The notes below the pieces were generated by a model. It ran no database searches. It was not told where the DNA came from and was given only the letters and a program-made list of their open reading frames with translations. From Zygnema circumcarinatum SAG 698-1b (lineage: Eukaryota; Plantae; Zygnematophyceae): a stretch of DNA of 64,000 bases. The position numbers were made by a program, and so were the translations under genes. The stretch covers positions 2,294,001 through 2,358,000 of the forward strand of contig CM074806.1 in the NCBI GenBank assembly GCA_037447605.1, given 5' to 3'. The first letter of the stretch is position 1; each line of letters begins with the position of its first letter. Below are positions 13,340-27,568 of the stretch, piece by piece.

Positions 13340-16300
13340 TTATCGTATTGTCCCTTGTAGGTTTGCACCCCCCAAGTTTGCTCCTTCCAATATCTGTCGG
13401 TCAAAAGGAGCGAAACAGGTAGTGGATAAAATAAGCCGAGACATCCTTGAGAATCAAAAAGCATAACGAGGCAGACAGGCACTCCCTTGCAGTCTGCTTA
13501 AGTCACGACGAAAAAGAGCCGATTCAAATCAAGTTCCATCACCTTTGCGAGAGTAAATTTTCGCACTGACATTACGTCCAAGGACCATATCTGATTACAA
13601 TCGATAGTGAACGTTCCCCAGCAGGTATGGGTGGAGGGAGGCACTCACTGTGTCTCGAAGGTCAACGTCTCGCAGGTATGCGCGCTGCAGATTTGCGCCT
13701 TTCAAGTTGGCTCCGTTCAACGTTGCAGTCTGTCCATCAACTCCCCCCCAAACTGCAATAGGATGAAGAACTCCAAAGAATTGTCTCCTAAACGACAGAG
13801 AAGGCAATCTCGTCATTAAGTTGTTCTTGCCAATCCAGAGTCACCCTGAACAATGATAGGAAAAGGACTCGGAATATGACGGCAGGGAAAGATAAAGCAC
13901 AGAGGAGCAGGAAGGGACAACGGCGACATATTCGCACACCTTCAAATTTGCACCTTCCAGGTTGGCGCCTGACAAGTTAGCGTTGCTGAGGTCAGCGTTC
14001 TGTGGTAAGCCCCACACAGATCAGGTCAAGGGAAAGGAACAGGAGAGAAAGGATGACAGCGATTGGGAGAGAGAGACTGAAAATGGGAGGGACAAAGCGA
14101 AGGCGAATAATGGAAAGGAAGGGTTGGTAGATAGCCGAGTCTTGGCACTTAAAACCAGCAAGAATTGCGCTGCTACAGCAAAATCCTCAACAGCATCTAA
14201 ACAAGCAGAAAGAAATAGCTGGGAAATCAGTGAGTATACTGACCTGCAAGTGAGCTGAGCGCAGATCTGCTTCCACAAGACTTGCCCCCTCGAGACATGC
14301 GTCTGTGGAGAGCAGCGGCGTGGGAGGTGGTCAATATTCCACAGAGAGTTCAGTGCACCTCCCCATGAGAGGGCTTGCCTTGATGATGATCGGACTCAAC
14401 CACAGGAGAAGTTCTTCCATCTGCGGCTCGCTTAAAGCTGGGTATTGCTTGGTTTTAGTTAAGCGCGAGTGTGAAATATTGTAGGCTTTTCAGGTTCTTT
14501 AGGTTGTTGCATTGACCTCCCGGTTTTTCATATTAATGGATGCAAGTAAAGGACGCTCACCTTGCATGTTGGCAGATTGCAGCGACGTGCCAGCTAACAT
14601 CGCCCCACGAAGGCTTGCCTTTTCAAAATCACATCTGACCCAGAATGCTCGCGGTCCATGCTGTCATTGCAAGTCTAAGAGGAAACTACTTCCTAAGTGA
14701 CAATCCCATTATGTCCCCTATCTTCGCCAGTTGGAGTCAACCTTTTTGGCGACTGACATCCATAAAGAACTTTACAATACATACAGTCCTCGGACTACTA
14801 AAGCTTCAAGAAGAGATTCAAGTTCTCAAACATTCTTGGGAGACTTTAGAAAGGGTGGGCCAGGTCAATAGCATGATGAAAAAAATACGAATGGAAAACT
14901 GCCAGGCCATACAATGCTCAACCGTACATGGGAGGAAGAAAAAAAAGATTACTCATTCAGAAGTGCGTTGAGGAAGTTGGATTGATCTGCCTGTGCCTCC
15001 TGCACCAAAAACATTAAAAGCAAGTAGCCTCCATTAGAGCAAGTTGAGAGAAATGATTAAGCTACGGATGGTGAGAGGCATGAGGGACATAATGATAGGG
15101 GAGTGCAGCTCTGATGCAAAAATAGACAAAGTGACTCCCACTCCGAGGGTTACACTGCCCATGCGTATCTATATGTATTTTTTTTTGCCAAACGGTTAAA
15201 CGGAACACTACAATTCGACTTTAGAAGTTACAGATTAAGCAGTTGAATTTTGTGATTGGCCTAGAAAGGTCTAGAACCACATATAAGCAACCAGCCACCA
15301 TCTCCAAAAGCTTCAATGCAATGTGAACACAGTTTTCTCACCCTGAAAGAGGCTTTATGTAAACTTGCTCGAGAGAAAAAAGTACCAACAAGACGAGAGC
15401 AGCTGAAGTCAACTTTATTGAGGTCCTGCCCCCCTTAAGCAACCCAGGTCCAATCCGATACTCATCAGGTCTCTAAAAGTCCATTGTTCAGCAACGGGCA
15501 ACGTGGATACTTTTTTCATCGTCTTCGCGAGCCGCAAGACTACAATGTCACAACGTGGAGATTCCAATTGTCCCAAGCACAGGATAGAAATGATCCATCT
15601 CAAGTACGAGACTAAGAAACAAACACAATCAAGGCAAAACCTGAAATTAAAAAACAGTACTTTTGACTTTTTCCGACTTAGACTTTTGACTTTTGAGTTT
15701 TTTAGTCAAAGCTACAAAACAAGGAGAAAATACTCTAGAGTAGCATCAATGACATGCTGAACTTAATACTACTACACACAAAACAATCCCGACCTTGACC
15801 TGTCTCTCTGTCTTGTCAATGCCTTTCTATTGTCGAGATCACACGAGCGTCTCACCAGCCTCGAGAGATCGAGTCCACTCAAATTGACCCCGCGAAGACG
15901 CACACTCGCGTTCTGAAGGCATTTCACCACCTGTTGCAGCAACCCATCACAAAATCGCATTATCATCGCCGCCATGCAACCTGACAGCAAAGAAGTTCTG
16001 ATCACTCATAGCTACAAGCACGTGCGGCACAGACCCACACAATCTCTACCTGAGGCATGCACTAACAAACATGCCACCAGCCATCCGCGTGCGTACAACA
16101 AATAAATTCTAAAAGCCTTCTAGCTAATCTGCTTCTTCCCAAGGGCTCAGCAGCGAAAGTACCTCTTTTCGAGTGAGCTCAGGCAAGTCTTCATCTTCAC
16201 TGTCTCTTCTAGTCGCTGCTGTTAAAGCATTCATAAACTCCTGCAGAAAGTTACCCAGCCAAGACCAGTCACTTGCAGTAAGGGGCTGCACTTCTGATTG

Positions 16301-18673
16301 AAGGAAAGAAGCCTCTAGATTGTGGAATCCAACATTTAACAATACAAGATTTCCAGAATCTGTACAGATGGGGAAAAGCGATTCGCCAAGTTTTTTCTTT
16401 CGAGAGTTCTTTGTGAAAAAGTAATGCAACATTCACGATGCTTCAGGCCAGGTCCAAAGCATACGATCATAACCGACAAGCCTCCCATTCAGAACATCCT
16501 TTTCCCAGGGTAATCCAGTTTGCTCTTCAGCAAAATTCGACATCATGTCAAGCCCATTTACCAGGAGAAATCGATTGGGCATTTTCAGTAGCAAAAGTTA
16601 GTCAGATTTGGGATTTCAACAATTGTAACAATGAGAGTAACCTCCAAGTAATCACGATGCAAGATAGCAATTGGAAAAAGATACTGAATCTGCATTTGAA
16701 GGTTGGGATTGAGCCAGTGTTCCCAGTACCCCATGTACCTGAGCATCATCTCCCTGCTCTTGTGATCTGCCACAGTTACCTTCACTACTTTCCAGCTTTG
16801 GTTACCAATGCCTCGAGTGCTTACTTCAACTCTGTTTACGAATATCTGCCCACACACAGATAGCCTTCTGGAAGTATCCCACACATTTGGCTGCTCACCC
16901 TTAGTTGGAAAAACTCCGCCTCACGATAAAGTTCATGGTAAAGCGGGCCATCCACCAATGGCACAGTTCCATCACGCAGCCAGTTGAGAATGTGCCGAAA
17001 GTGAGTGCCATCTCTGTCGATGAACACAGTCCCCTGCATTCAAACAGGTGTTTGTACTACAGGCACCTGAATTACTGGGCAGTTAATCTACTTCAACCAT
17101 GATTCACAAAGACTTACAAAGTTGAAGAATTTCTCCGCTTTCCATTATTCCATCACAAACAGGATTCAAGAGCAAAGATTACTTCCAGCTATGCACCTTC
17201 AAGCATCAACATGGGAATGCCGAGAAGCCGTCGGACCAGAAACGACATTTTGTCCTGTTTTATTAGACATTCACTAGATGCGTGGTCGGCTGAACTTATA
17301 TTAAAGAAGACAGATTGTCAGCCTGATGCACTCACGGGTCAATCATAAAACTCAACATACAATAGGCACAAGAATTCAGGTACCATATTGATCCACGCCC
17401 ATCCCCCATCATGTTTTGGCGGGAGTGAAATTGATGAACTGGTTAACATAATTAGTGCGCCCCCTAGATTTACTGAGTGATTAGTGAGCATATGCCTTTT
17501 AACCAGCATCAGCCATACCAAAAAGAGTGTGATTCCTTACTGTTTCCGGATCAATATTCACGTGATGTCGACCACTGAACATTGCGCAAAGCATCGACTC
17601 CGTGTCTCGTAGCATTAACGTGTCCCTCATAGTACAATGAATTACTCCCCCTGCCCAAAATCAAGCCCTCCCAACTAACAAATTACAAAGAAAAATCTCT
17701 GGAGCGGACAGTTAACTGTTTTGCATCAGTGCAACAAAAGACAAAGCACTGACTGAACAAGCACAAGCAGCAAAGCACATCTATCCTTGGACAACTCCAG
17801 TGCTCGGCCAGTTCACTCATGCTGCGCATAATTCGGAACTCTCTGCCTATAAAATCTGGAGTGCTTTCCAAAAGCCACAAGGTTGCACACACAACATATC
17901 TAGACCAAAAGGTTCGGGCTATTCCAGTTTCCAACTTTCTTGTGTACGTAAGCAATCGGCAAGACACGTTGACAGGATAGGCATCAAACGACACAATTTT
18001 CCTCTTGAGGGGAAAAAACCGATTAACTTAGGATAGTCCACAAAAGGTTGAAAGATGAATGACGGAACATTGCAAGGGATTCGTAAATTGTCAGAAAATT
18101 GAAGAAGCAGTCCGAATCTGCGCAATGTGACAAATTCCTGGCACTGACTCGCCATTACTCAACTTCTCAAGGTATTGGGAGCTCTATGAGAAAGTAACGG
18201 ACTGAGTTTTTTGACAAGTAGCCAGAAATACATAAGTAAATCCAGACCACACATAGGTGAACATATAATTATGAGCTGCTGCTGTAAACAGAGTGCGAAC
18301 CTGTTTGGGAGGATAGTGGAGTCGAGAAAGGACGACAGTCTAACAGCTAAAGCCTTGCGAGGTGAAGCCCAGCTAACTGTAAGGTAAGCGGGTTCTAATG
18401 GTGGGGATGATAGTCAATTGGGCAAGAACGATGACAAAATCCAAAATTAATGGGCTTGATTGCAATGTTTACAGTGTAAGAGTCGCCGACGAGACATTCC
18501 AGAAGGGGCATTCAAATGCCATACCTCCTAATTTCAATGCGTCTCCTCACTCATGCGCCACACAACATCCAGAACTTCTCTTGCCTGCTTGTGCCCTATA
18601 CAAAAGCATTTAGGAACTGACCAACATCGAGGCGCAGCTTCGCAGGAAGCTCCTGACCGTTAGCCTGCGTCAT
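13340..18673 (-). CDS. FIP2: FIP2-like BTB/POZ (KCTD-type) plus pentapeptide-repeat protein, about 12 exons (approx. 18673-18622, 17650-17541, 17033-16899, 16240-16163, 15930-15856, 15425-15342, 14999-14953, 14634-14561, 14302-14244, 13999-13940, 13729-13649, 13393-13340)
   Basis: MTQANGQELPAKLRLDVGGVIHCTMRDTLMLRDTESMLCAMFSGRH...GTVFIDRDGTHFRHILNWLRDG...LYREAEFFQL, then A(N/D)LxG pentapeptides (NADLSNANLSGANLEGANLK, GANLKGANLQRAYLRDVDLRDT), ending ILEGANLGGANLQGTIR*. Confidence 0.9.
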
Positions 18674-18970
18674 TACTGCTGGAATGCGATGACCGCCCTT
18701 CTTCTCTTCCGCCCGAGTCGACTGATCTGAGTTGCACGATTACCCTCTGCTGCACGCAAGCGTGGCAAGCGGCAGGCAGTCCCGCTGCAGGCCCAGGCCT
18801 GAACCGCCCTGCGCGGGCACGAGCAGTTTAGAAGGGCAAGGCACCCTTGTCCCCCTCACGACCGTACGGTACGGTTCCTCGGCTTCCTGTCATCCTGTGA
18901 CAGCAATCCTGTCAACTGAGAGGGTACGGTCTGCATTCCGTGTACAGTCAGCAGTCCTCATATTTTCCAC

Positions 18971-19847
18971 GGGTAACTCTACTGCACCCCCGCGTTTTGT
19001 CTTTCGCACCCCCGTTTTGAAAATCTTTCCTGCCCGTTTTGGTTACCCCCCAGTTTTGAATATTTCGGGAAAAAATCTTTTTCCCGCCCCTTTCGTCCCC
19101 TCCGCTGCCCCCTGTTGCGAAACGCGATAAAACGTATGCTCATTCGTTTATGTCCGCGGTTGCCTTTTAACGGTAAAGTTTATGGGTGGGTACCGGGAGG
19201 TGTCGAGTTCGGTTGTTTTCATTCCCCCTCCCTTCATTATTTTTTGGACATTCCATCCCCTCGTTTTCTCCTTTTCACTATTGACTTCCAACAATGTGCG
19301 ACAAAAGAAAAGGGGATTTGCATTGGTCTCAAGATGGTGAGGCCATCAAATAAACATGGACAAAGTCAGCATGGGAACCACAAGAAATTAGTCGCAAATG
19401 AAACAAGCACAAAATAAAAAAGCTAGGGACAAAAAACTAAACTAAGCTTAAGTACAAAAACGCAACCTTAAACACAACTGCAAAGGTCACCAATGTTGGG
19501 CAACTGTTACTCTCTGTTTTCAGGTTACCGCTAATTAAGGCAAGATCTTAAATTGTGGCCTGCTTGCTTGCAATTGGAACATTTTTTCCCTTCAACGTAC
19601 TCGAAATAGCTCTTGTCCCGGCTGATTGCCAAACTGCGCGCGCCAGGAGGTCGGCCTCGTTCCTTCATAACCGGGTGAAGGTTTTGCAACTGCAATGGTT
19701 CGAGGGGGGGCAGCGGAGGGGACGAAAGGGGCGGGAAAAAGATTTTTTCCCGAAATATTCAAAACTGGGGGGTAACCAAAACGGGCAGCCAAAATTTTCA
19801 AAACGGGGGTGCGAAAGACAAAACGCGGGGGTGCAGTAGAGTTACCC
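18971..19847. mobile_element. Mutator-like (MULE) non-autonomous element, 877 bp, ~140-bp TIRs, 9-bp TSD ATTTTCCAC
   Basis: GGGTAACTCTACTGCACCCCCGCG... (18971-~19111) is inverted at ~19708-19847 with only a few mismatches. The left TSD is at 18962-18970; the right TSD is displaced to 25061-25069 by the next insertion. Confidence 0.9.
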
Positions 19848-20359
19848 ATTTTTATAGATCCGTATTATACACTTTGAGGTTCGATACAATGTATAATACA
19901 GTATTAATACTGTATTATACACTGTATAATACCTTAACGCAACTGTTAACAGCCGTACAATGAGAACATAGATCCGTACGGAAATTAGGTACGGAATGGG
20001 TGTACGAACCTGTACGGACCAAGTCACACGTGTTGAGTGTTTGGCAAGTGACGTGACTTGGCAAGTGCTGGAATTTCAATATTATAATCAAATTTTGTTC
20101 AACTAACCACGAAAATAAAAAAAACAACAGGCTGCGGATCAAGATCCTCGTGCGTTGCCTTTTTATAGAAATGTCTTCGAACCTTAATTATGTGAAGTGA
20201 ACTGAAACGGAAACTGATCGAACACATAAGCTGTTTAATTTTGTGTTCTGTTCAGTTGCGCGAGGTGCGATTTAACCAATTAGAATGCACCACGTGGCCA
20301 CTTTTAACACGCTGCGACACATACCCTATTTACAACAATACGTCCCGTAAAACATTCAA

Positions 20360-20812
20360 AACGAACGCTGTCGTACATAGAAAACGACACGTGGCAATGA
20401 CAGAATGGGAGCGCGATATACCCCTTTTTCTGCGCATTCGATCCAACGAAACGCACAACCAATCAGGACGCGCGACGTGGCAACGTCAGACTCGCGGCAA
20501 CTATACCCCATTTTCATTAAATCCATCTTTGACAACCTAACCGAATCCGTACGCCACATAAAACATCAAAATCGAACGCTGTCGTACGTAGAAAACGACC
20601 CGTGGCAATGACAGAATGGGAACGCGATATACCCCATTTTCTGCGCATTCGATCCAACGAAACGCACAACCAATCAGCACGCGCGACGTGGCAACGTCAG
20701 ACTCGCGGCAACTATACCCCATTTTCATTAAATTAATCTTTGACAACATAATCGAAGCCGTCGTACGGATCAAAACGATGACTAAGCTTTTGCCTACGGC
20801 AACGCAAAAAAG
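20360..20812 (+). repeat. Two tandem ~211-bp units; a third diverged direct copy lies at ~24728-24953
   Basis: Shared core CGCGATATACCCC...GCATTCGATCCAACGAA...CGTGGCA.CGTCA.ACTCGCGG...TATACCCCATTTTCAT. Confidence 0.85.
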
Positions 20813-22971
20813 GGAGGTTAGATTTGTACCGTGATGAAGTGACAGAAATTCCACGTAGCTTGGCACAGCAGAAACCAACGACGTCCAAGCCGAACTGAAC
20901 GCAAATGATCAACGAACAAAACTATTTATTAAGTCACATCAAATAAGGCTGTCGTAACAATGGATTCGGCAACGGCTACCGTTTGTCAAACTACAAATAG
21001 AGCTGTTACGTATCTGTCAAACACGACACGGTACGTTAGAGCGGTTTTTAATTTGACCAACACGATGACCGTTTCGGGCGTTGTCAACCGAACCATTCCA
21101 AATCTTGCGTGTCCATAGTTTGACAACACAAGCTGTTACGGTTTACCAACACATACCGGTACAAACATCCCGTTTCAAGCATTGTCAACCGACAATCACA
21201 ATCCTGCGATTACAAAAATCGTACAAAAATGGACCCACATCCTCGTCCACAACGATTGTCCAAATACAGCCGTTTCGTGCCAGTACGGTGACGGCGACGG
21301 TTGACCTACCGATTGCCCTCCCGTTGTAGATCCTTTGACCGTCAGGTCTCTTTCGCCATTTTCCGGCTGCCGTCCGTACAGCCGTTCGTTCAGATTCGCG
21401 GACCCACGCATGAGTGGTCCACATGGCACCACTTGATTCGTAGCCGACATTCGGAGGCGACTCCACTGACGCTTCTTTCCGCCGCTTCGTTCGTCGCGCG
21501 GGCGCGAACAAAAATTGACGGAAAAGGAAAGTTACGAAAGTCAACAGGCCAACCGGTCGGCCGCGCGTCGCATCTGCGCGTCGTATGCGCGTGTCGCATG
21601 AACGACGTCGCCGGTGTCGCACGCGCGCGTCGCGCGGGCGCGACACGGCTAGTCCACCCGCCGAACGCGGTGAACCCGCTAGATACCTCTAGCGCTGACA
21701 CACGACGGTGATCCGGCCACGTGGCGAACCGCCACGGGCTAGCAAGAGCCACGCGGCGTCTCGCCACTGGCCAGCCCTGCTTCACGGTTATTGTTCCGCC
21801 TTTCGGCGGCGCCGCGCGCGCGGGTCGGCCGCGCGTCGCATCTGCGCGTCGTATGCGCGTGTCGCATGAACGACGTCGCCTGTGTCGCACGCGCCCGTCG
21901 CGAATTTTGCACCGTCCGATCAGCCACTATTGATTCATGATGACGTCAGCCATCCCTCGCTGCGAGACACCGCGTAGTCGTGACGCCGCGTGGAGCCGCG
22001 CGCCACGCGTGCCGCTTCGGGCATTGTCAACCGACAATCACAATCCCGCGATTACGAAAAACGTCAAAAAAAGAGAACCGACATAGAGCCAAATAGAGCA
22101 GTTTCGTCCCTGTACGGGGACGTCGACGACGTTTCGATGACGAAACTGCTACGGAACAACAGCGATATCATCTTCCCCTATTCTGCACCACCTCCAGACT
22201 TCCATTTCTTACACTCGCCTGTCTAGCTGAAGAGTTGCTGGTGGTGCTTGCTGCCGTTTTGTTCCGAAATCTACCGTAACCAACACTTATGTCGCAGCAG
22301 GAACATGGAGTGTGGTGAAAGGATGAGGAGGGCCCTTTGGATGGCGCCCACTTGGAAGGGAGGAGGCCTTTGAAGGGGGAGGGGGCAGCGCCATGGAACG
22401 GGAGAGGGGAGCGGCAACGGAGGAGGAGGGGGAGGGGGAGGAGGAGGAAGAGGGACGAGTGACGGGTGCTGAGGTTTTCTTTGCGTCCACGTCCTCGGAG
22501 AGGTGAGGTTGAGGGCGAAGGGGAGGTTTTTGCGTTGAATTTGGTGTTGAAGGAGGGAGGGGGTTGGCATGTGTGAGTGAGGGAAGGCAGTGTAACCAAC
22601 ACTTATGTCGCTGCGAATTCTCTGCCTTTCTGCTGCTGCAGCTCTTGCTGCATTTCTTCCTACCAGAGAAATGCGAAAAACCGAAAAATAATGATTGGTG
22701 GAGGAGGAGGAGGAAGGAGGAAGGAGGGAGAAGGAACATGGAGTGTGGTGAAAGGGACAATGGTGGANNNNNNNNNNGTGTCCGTCAATCAGTCAGTCAG
22801 TCGGTCGTCGGCCAGTCTGTGAGTTAGTCGGTTTGTCGGTCGGTTTGTCGGCCAGTTCCTGTGTCTGTCCGTCAGTCTGTCGGCCAGTCCGCCAGTCCTC
22901 TGGACTATAAAGACTTTGTCTGTCGGCTAGTCCGCCATTTTAAAAACCTCTTATGTGGAATTTTCGATTAA

Positions 22972-23268
22972 GATAAGGTTTGTATCTATAATTATTTTCA
23001 TATGTAAAATGACAAATAACCATACTTTGATTTCTGAAGGACCCAGTCCTGGAGATAACGAAATTCCAAAACACCGATAAGGTTTGTATCTATGTTTATT
23101 TTCATATGTAAAAAGACAAATAACCCTAATTTGATTTCTGAAGGACCCAGTCCTGGAGATAACGAAAATCAACACACCGAAAAGGTTCGTATCTATGTTT
23201 ATTTTCATATGTAAAATGACAAATAACCGTACTTTGATTTCTGAAGGACCCAGTCCTGGAGATAACGA
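22972..23268 (+). repeat. Minisatellite, about 3 x 104 bp
   Basis: TTTGATTTCTGAAGGACCCAGTCCTGGAGATAACGAA occurs three times at ~104-bp spacing, and the intervening sequences are also near-identical. Confidence 0.9.
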
Positions 23269-26200
23269 AGATCGGAAAGAGCGGAAATCGTCAAACTTGG
23301 AAATCCGCATCAAAACAGGTTCGTACTTCAATTTCTCATTCCTCCCACTTTTATAGTTTTCAGAAAGACAGAAGAGTTGTAGAGGTAAACCGGTAGGAAG
23401 AATGGTAGAAGACAGGAGGAAGAAAAGAAAGAGAGAGAGAGAGCTTTTACCTTTTTTTTTTTCCTTTTCTTTTTCTTCTTTAATAATGTTTTAGTTTTTT
23501 TCCATTATGTGAGTGTCGGCGTGTGTGTGGCTATGTCTGTATGTTTGTCTGACTGTGCGCATTCTTTTATCTGAAAATAGAAAAAAAAAAAAAACAAAAT
23601 AATATTACAACAGAAGGCCTAATGTTGTAATAATGACATTGTTTTTTTTTTTTTCTCTGCGAGTGTTTTTGTGTGCGGCAGAATTTGCGTGTGTGATTTT
23701 TCTACAAATAAGAAAAAAAAAAAAAAAAANNNNNNNNNNAAAAAAAAAAAAAAAAAGGAAACAAACTACTACACATAGGGCCCTATGTTGTATAGTTTTT
23801 TTTTTTTTTTTTCGACTGTGATGATGTTTGTGCGTGTCTCAATTTGCGTGTTAGACTAAAAAACAAGGGTTTTTATGATTTCTTAGACATTTTCTATTTA
23901 CAAGATTTTTAGGAATTTTAAGATTTTTAAGGTTTTACATATTTAGGTTATTATTTAGGTTTTTTAGAAATTTTATAGATATTTTAAGCATTTTTAGCGC
24001 TTTTACAATTTTTTTAATCTTTCAGAATTTTTACAGTTTTTAGTCAGTCCGTTAGCTTGTCAGTTTGTCGGGAAGTCTGTCAGTCTGTCCGTTAGTCAGT
24101 CATTGTCTGTCGGACGGTATGTGTGTCCGTCTGTCGGTCAGTCACATGGAGTGCGGGCAGTCTGCTTGAAGTTAGTGGGTTTACGTAGGTGGGTTTTGTC
24201 GGCCAGTTCGCGTGTCACGTCCCGTCGGTCAGTCGGCTAGTCACCGATCCTACAGACTATAAAGACTTTGTCTGTCGGCCAGTCCGCCATTTTAAAAACA
24301 TCTTACGTGGAATTAACGATAATATAGAAATTGAAAACATCGATAAACATAAAAAATTATTGGCAACGTGGCAACACTTGATTGAATAAAATAAGACCCA
24401 TTTCCTACAAAAAATCAAGAAAACACGCAACACCCACGTCGCAATCTCTGACTGGATAACACGTATACCACATTCCGTTCCACAATCCAAAAAAAAAAAA
24501 AAAAAAAAAATTTTTTTTTAAACCACACACAAACGGCGGCGAATGATGTGTCTCATTACGTCGTCAAGGCTAATGTCAATATTTCGATTTTTCCCATTTA
24601 GGCTACGTGGCAACCACCGACTGGATAAAAAACATACCCCATATCCTACAAACGATCCAAAAAACACCACAATACCAGCGTGGCAATTTCTAACTGGATA
24701 AAAGCATAACTGAATAGCGTTTCGTTTCAGCGCTGTCGTTGAAACGAAACGTAATATAATACATAAATACGCGATATACCCCATTTTAACGCATTCGATC
24801 CAACGAAGCGCACCAATCCCGAGGACAGCGGCGTGGCAGCGTCACACTCGCGGAAATTATACCCCATTTTCATCAAAATCATCTTTGACACCTTAATCGA
24901 ATAATCGTACGGATGAAAACGATGACAAAGCTTTTGCCTACGGCAACGCAAAAATACGTTAAATACATTAAAAATACACTGTATTTTTAAAATGTTGTAT
25001 AATACGCATGTATTATACAGTGTATTAATACACGCGTTTGATACATACGGATCTATACCCATTTTCCACCCTGTACAGTGCGTCCCCAAGAAATTCGCCC
25101 CGATTTTGCCGAAACCACCTTTTTGTACGGTAACTCTGTGTTATCCGTACTAACCGTACTATCCGTACCCCTAAAACCCTAGAACCCTAGAAACTGTAGC
25201 GTAACGGAGCTGCGTTCGACGGATCCGCGTCCGGTCAGTTGTACTTGACATATTCATATTCAGTGTCACGGACCGGCATAATCCAGGAGTTGCCGACGGA
25301 GAATGCGCAAAGGCGGCGCCATGTGTTGGCGGCCGCGGGCAACACACCATCCGGCAAAGGCGCGCACCGGAGCGCCCGCATAATACCGCCGATTATGCGT
25401 TTGTTGACCTGCTCCGAGGAAGTCTCCCGCGTGAAGTGATCAAGCCTCTCACCGGTGGCGGTTATTGTCAGAGGCCCATCCACCGCTAAGACTCAGGATC
25501 TCTTGTCGGTGATAAGTAGATGGGATGTCAGTGATGCAAGTTTGTCTTTTAGTGCTGGGCTTAGTATTTATATTTGTTGTGTGGTTTGTTGTCTTGTTCT
25601 TCTCTTCTTCCTCTTCAGTTCCAGCAACAGATGCTAAGTGTGAGAGAGAGAGAGAGTTCCATGCCATAGATAGAGAGAGAGAGAGAGAGAAAGAGTCTTC
25701 GTGCTGATAGCATTTAGACGTCCTATTCAGCCCAGCTAGACAAAGATTTCAGTGAGAAGATCCTTTCATTGTAATGACTATCCCGATAACATTTGGGGTG
25801 ACTTTCCAAAATACAACCTTTATCTAAATTGAGTCTGTTTTTCCTTCTTTGTCGCTATGCCAGAAGCTACCATCTTGTTCTATCTGCCTTGCATCCCTCA
25901 ATATTGTGATAACCCGGCCCTAGCTAAGAGACCGAGGAGAGGGCGAGGGGAAAAGGAAACAGGGAAGGGCTCTTTCGCATAGAGTCCGGCCGCGTTGGAA
26001 CATCACCGGGATCCCTACGTCTTCGGCTAGCGTACCTCTGAGAATCTCAGGATCACGGCTCTATCTTTGCCATGAACCTGGGACCAACACAACCCTTCAT
26101 CAGTTTCAGCACGGACGCGCGAGTGGCCGTACAGCACCTGCAACTAGCTCAGCAGTCTCCTCTTAACCCCACTTATCTTGGTATCAGAGCGGAAGGTTTT

Positions 26201-27568
26201 GCAGATCCACGTACCTTGATACGTGAGGCTGCCGATCCTGTGACCCGTATCACAGCCGCCATGGATGAAGAGCTGCAACAAGAGGACAGCAGTCTTCATG
26301 AGTATTCCAGATGAAGACTTGGGACGCTCAAGAAGAAACGAGCGTCCAGGAAATCAAGACGGTCAATTCAACGGAAGGAAAAGCGATGGGAAGGCGAAGA
26401 TAGGCATCACGAAGAACCGCCCTTGATGCGGCACCTTGGCGGTCGACTTCGATTGAAGTACGGCCGACTCATCTGGCGGTGATGGCCGTAAACTCGGCGG
26501 CAGCAATATACGCGCCCGGATGATCAAGCTTCGCGGCCCTGCCCGGTCGGCTGCCGCCCCGCCGGTCACGTGAAAGAGAAGGAGTGCGTTCGAACTGAGG
26601 TCCCCACGCGGCCACGGAAGGCAGAACCCGCGGGATCTCGGTCCGGATGCTTCTTTGCGGGGAGTCCTTCAAACCGCAGCCGATCGCGCAGCGGTCCTCG
26701 GCGAGCAAGGGATTCCTCGGAGACACCCTCACCTCGGCGTTCACAACTTACCCATCCGGCAGCGGGCGGCGGCCCGAGGGGCAAGGCGGAGACGTCGCAA
26801 AAGGACCCTCCGGCTTTTCGCACCAACTGCGGAAGAAGCTGCGTATGAGATCGAGTTTCAGCAAGATGGGAAGAGATGATGACAGCCGATAGCCATGATT
26901 CACGAAAAGAGTGGTGAGGGATACCATGGGCATCATCACTAGAGGTTTCACCGTGGCGGGAAGATCACCGAAGCACAGTACGGTTTATCGCGAGGAGAAA
27001 GCGGCGCCGTAAGCGAGCGAAGAAGCCCAGTGGATCAAGGCTGGCCCTTGGGCTGGAAGAGGCGATCAACTGGAAGCTGTCGAAGCTAACTTTCAGCGGA
27101 TATGCGTCGGCAGCGACAAGGGACACATTCAAGCAAGCTTTGGAACAACGCTGGATTTGAGGATCAATCAGCGTAACTGGCCGACTTAGCTACATAGAAG
27201 TCTTCTGATGATGGCGGTATTGAGATTCTTGGCGTTTAGATGCGCATGGCAAATACGATAGAACGCCCGACTTTCGAAGTTCTCTCTGGTGGTTCGCTTA
27301 AGGCCATCGGCCGAAGGATCTCCACGGATGCGTGGTGCGACAACCCACTGGCCGAGATGCCGGGCATTGTTAGAAAGAGGCGGGCGAATTGAAGGATCAA
27401 GAGAGGCAACCGACATGCGACCACATTACATAGATGCTACGAGATCCGCGACAAGATGGAAGCTCTGCCAGCGGTTCACGAAGACGGGGAATCGGCGGTT
27501 AGCCCTACGCTACATCGCCGGGAACAAGCGGCTTTCTCCATCCACCTTTCCAGGGCGTCGGGCGGCCC

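Larger units (their letters stand above)
19853..25057. mobile_element. hAT-like non-autonomous element, ~5.2 kb as assembled (spans two N gaps), 13-bp TIR TATAGATCCGTAT, 8-bp TSD CCCATTTT
   Basis: CCCATTTT|TATAGATCCGTAT (19845-19865) and ATACGGATCTATA|CCCATTTT (25045-25065); both ends carry AT-rich GTATTATAC/GTATAATAC subterminal repeats. No transposase ORF recognised. Confidence 0.82.

Noticed and set aside
22972-23268. CRISPR-like regularly spaced 37-bp repeat
   Set aside because: The intervening sequences are near-identical, so it is a 104-bp tandem repeat in eukaryotic DNA with no cas genes.
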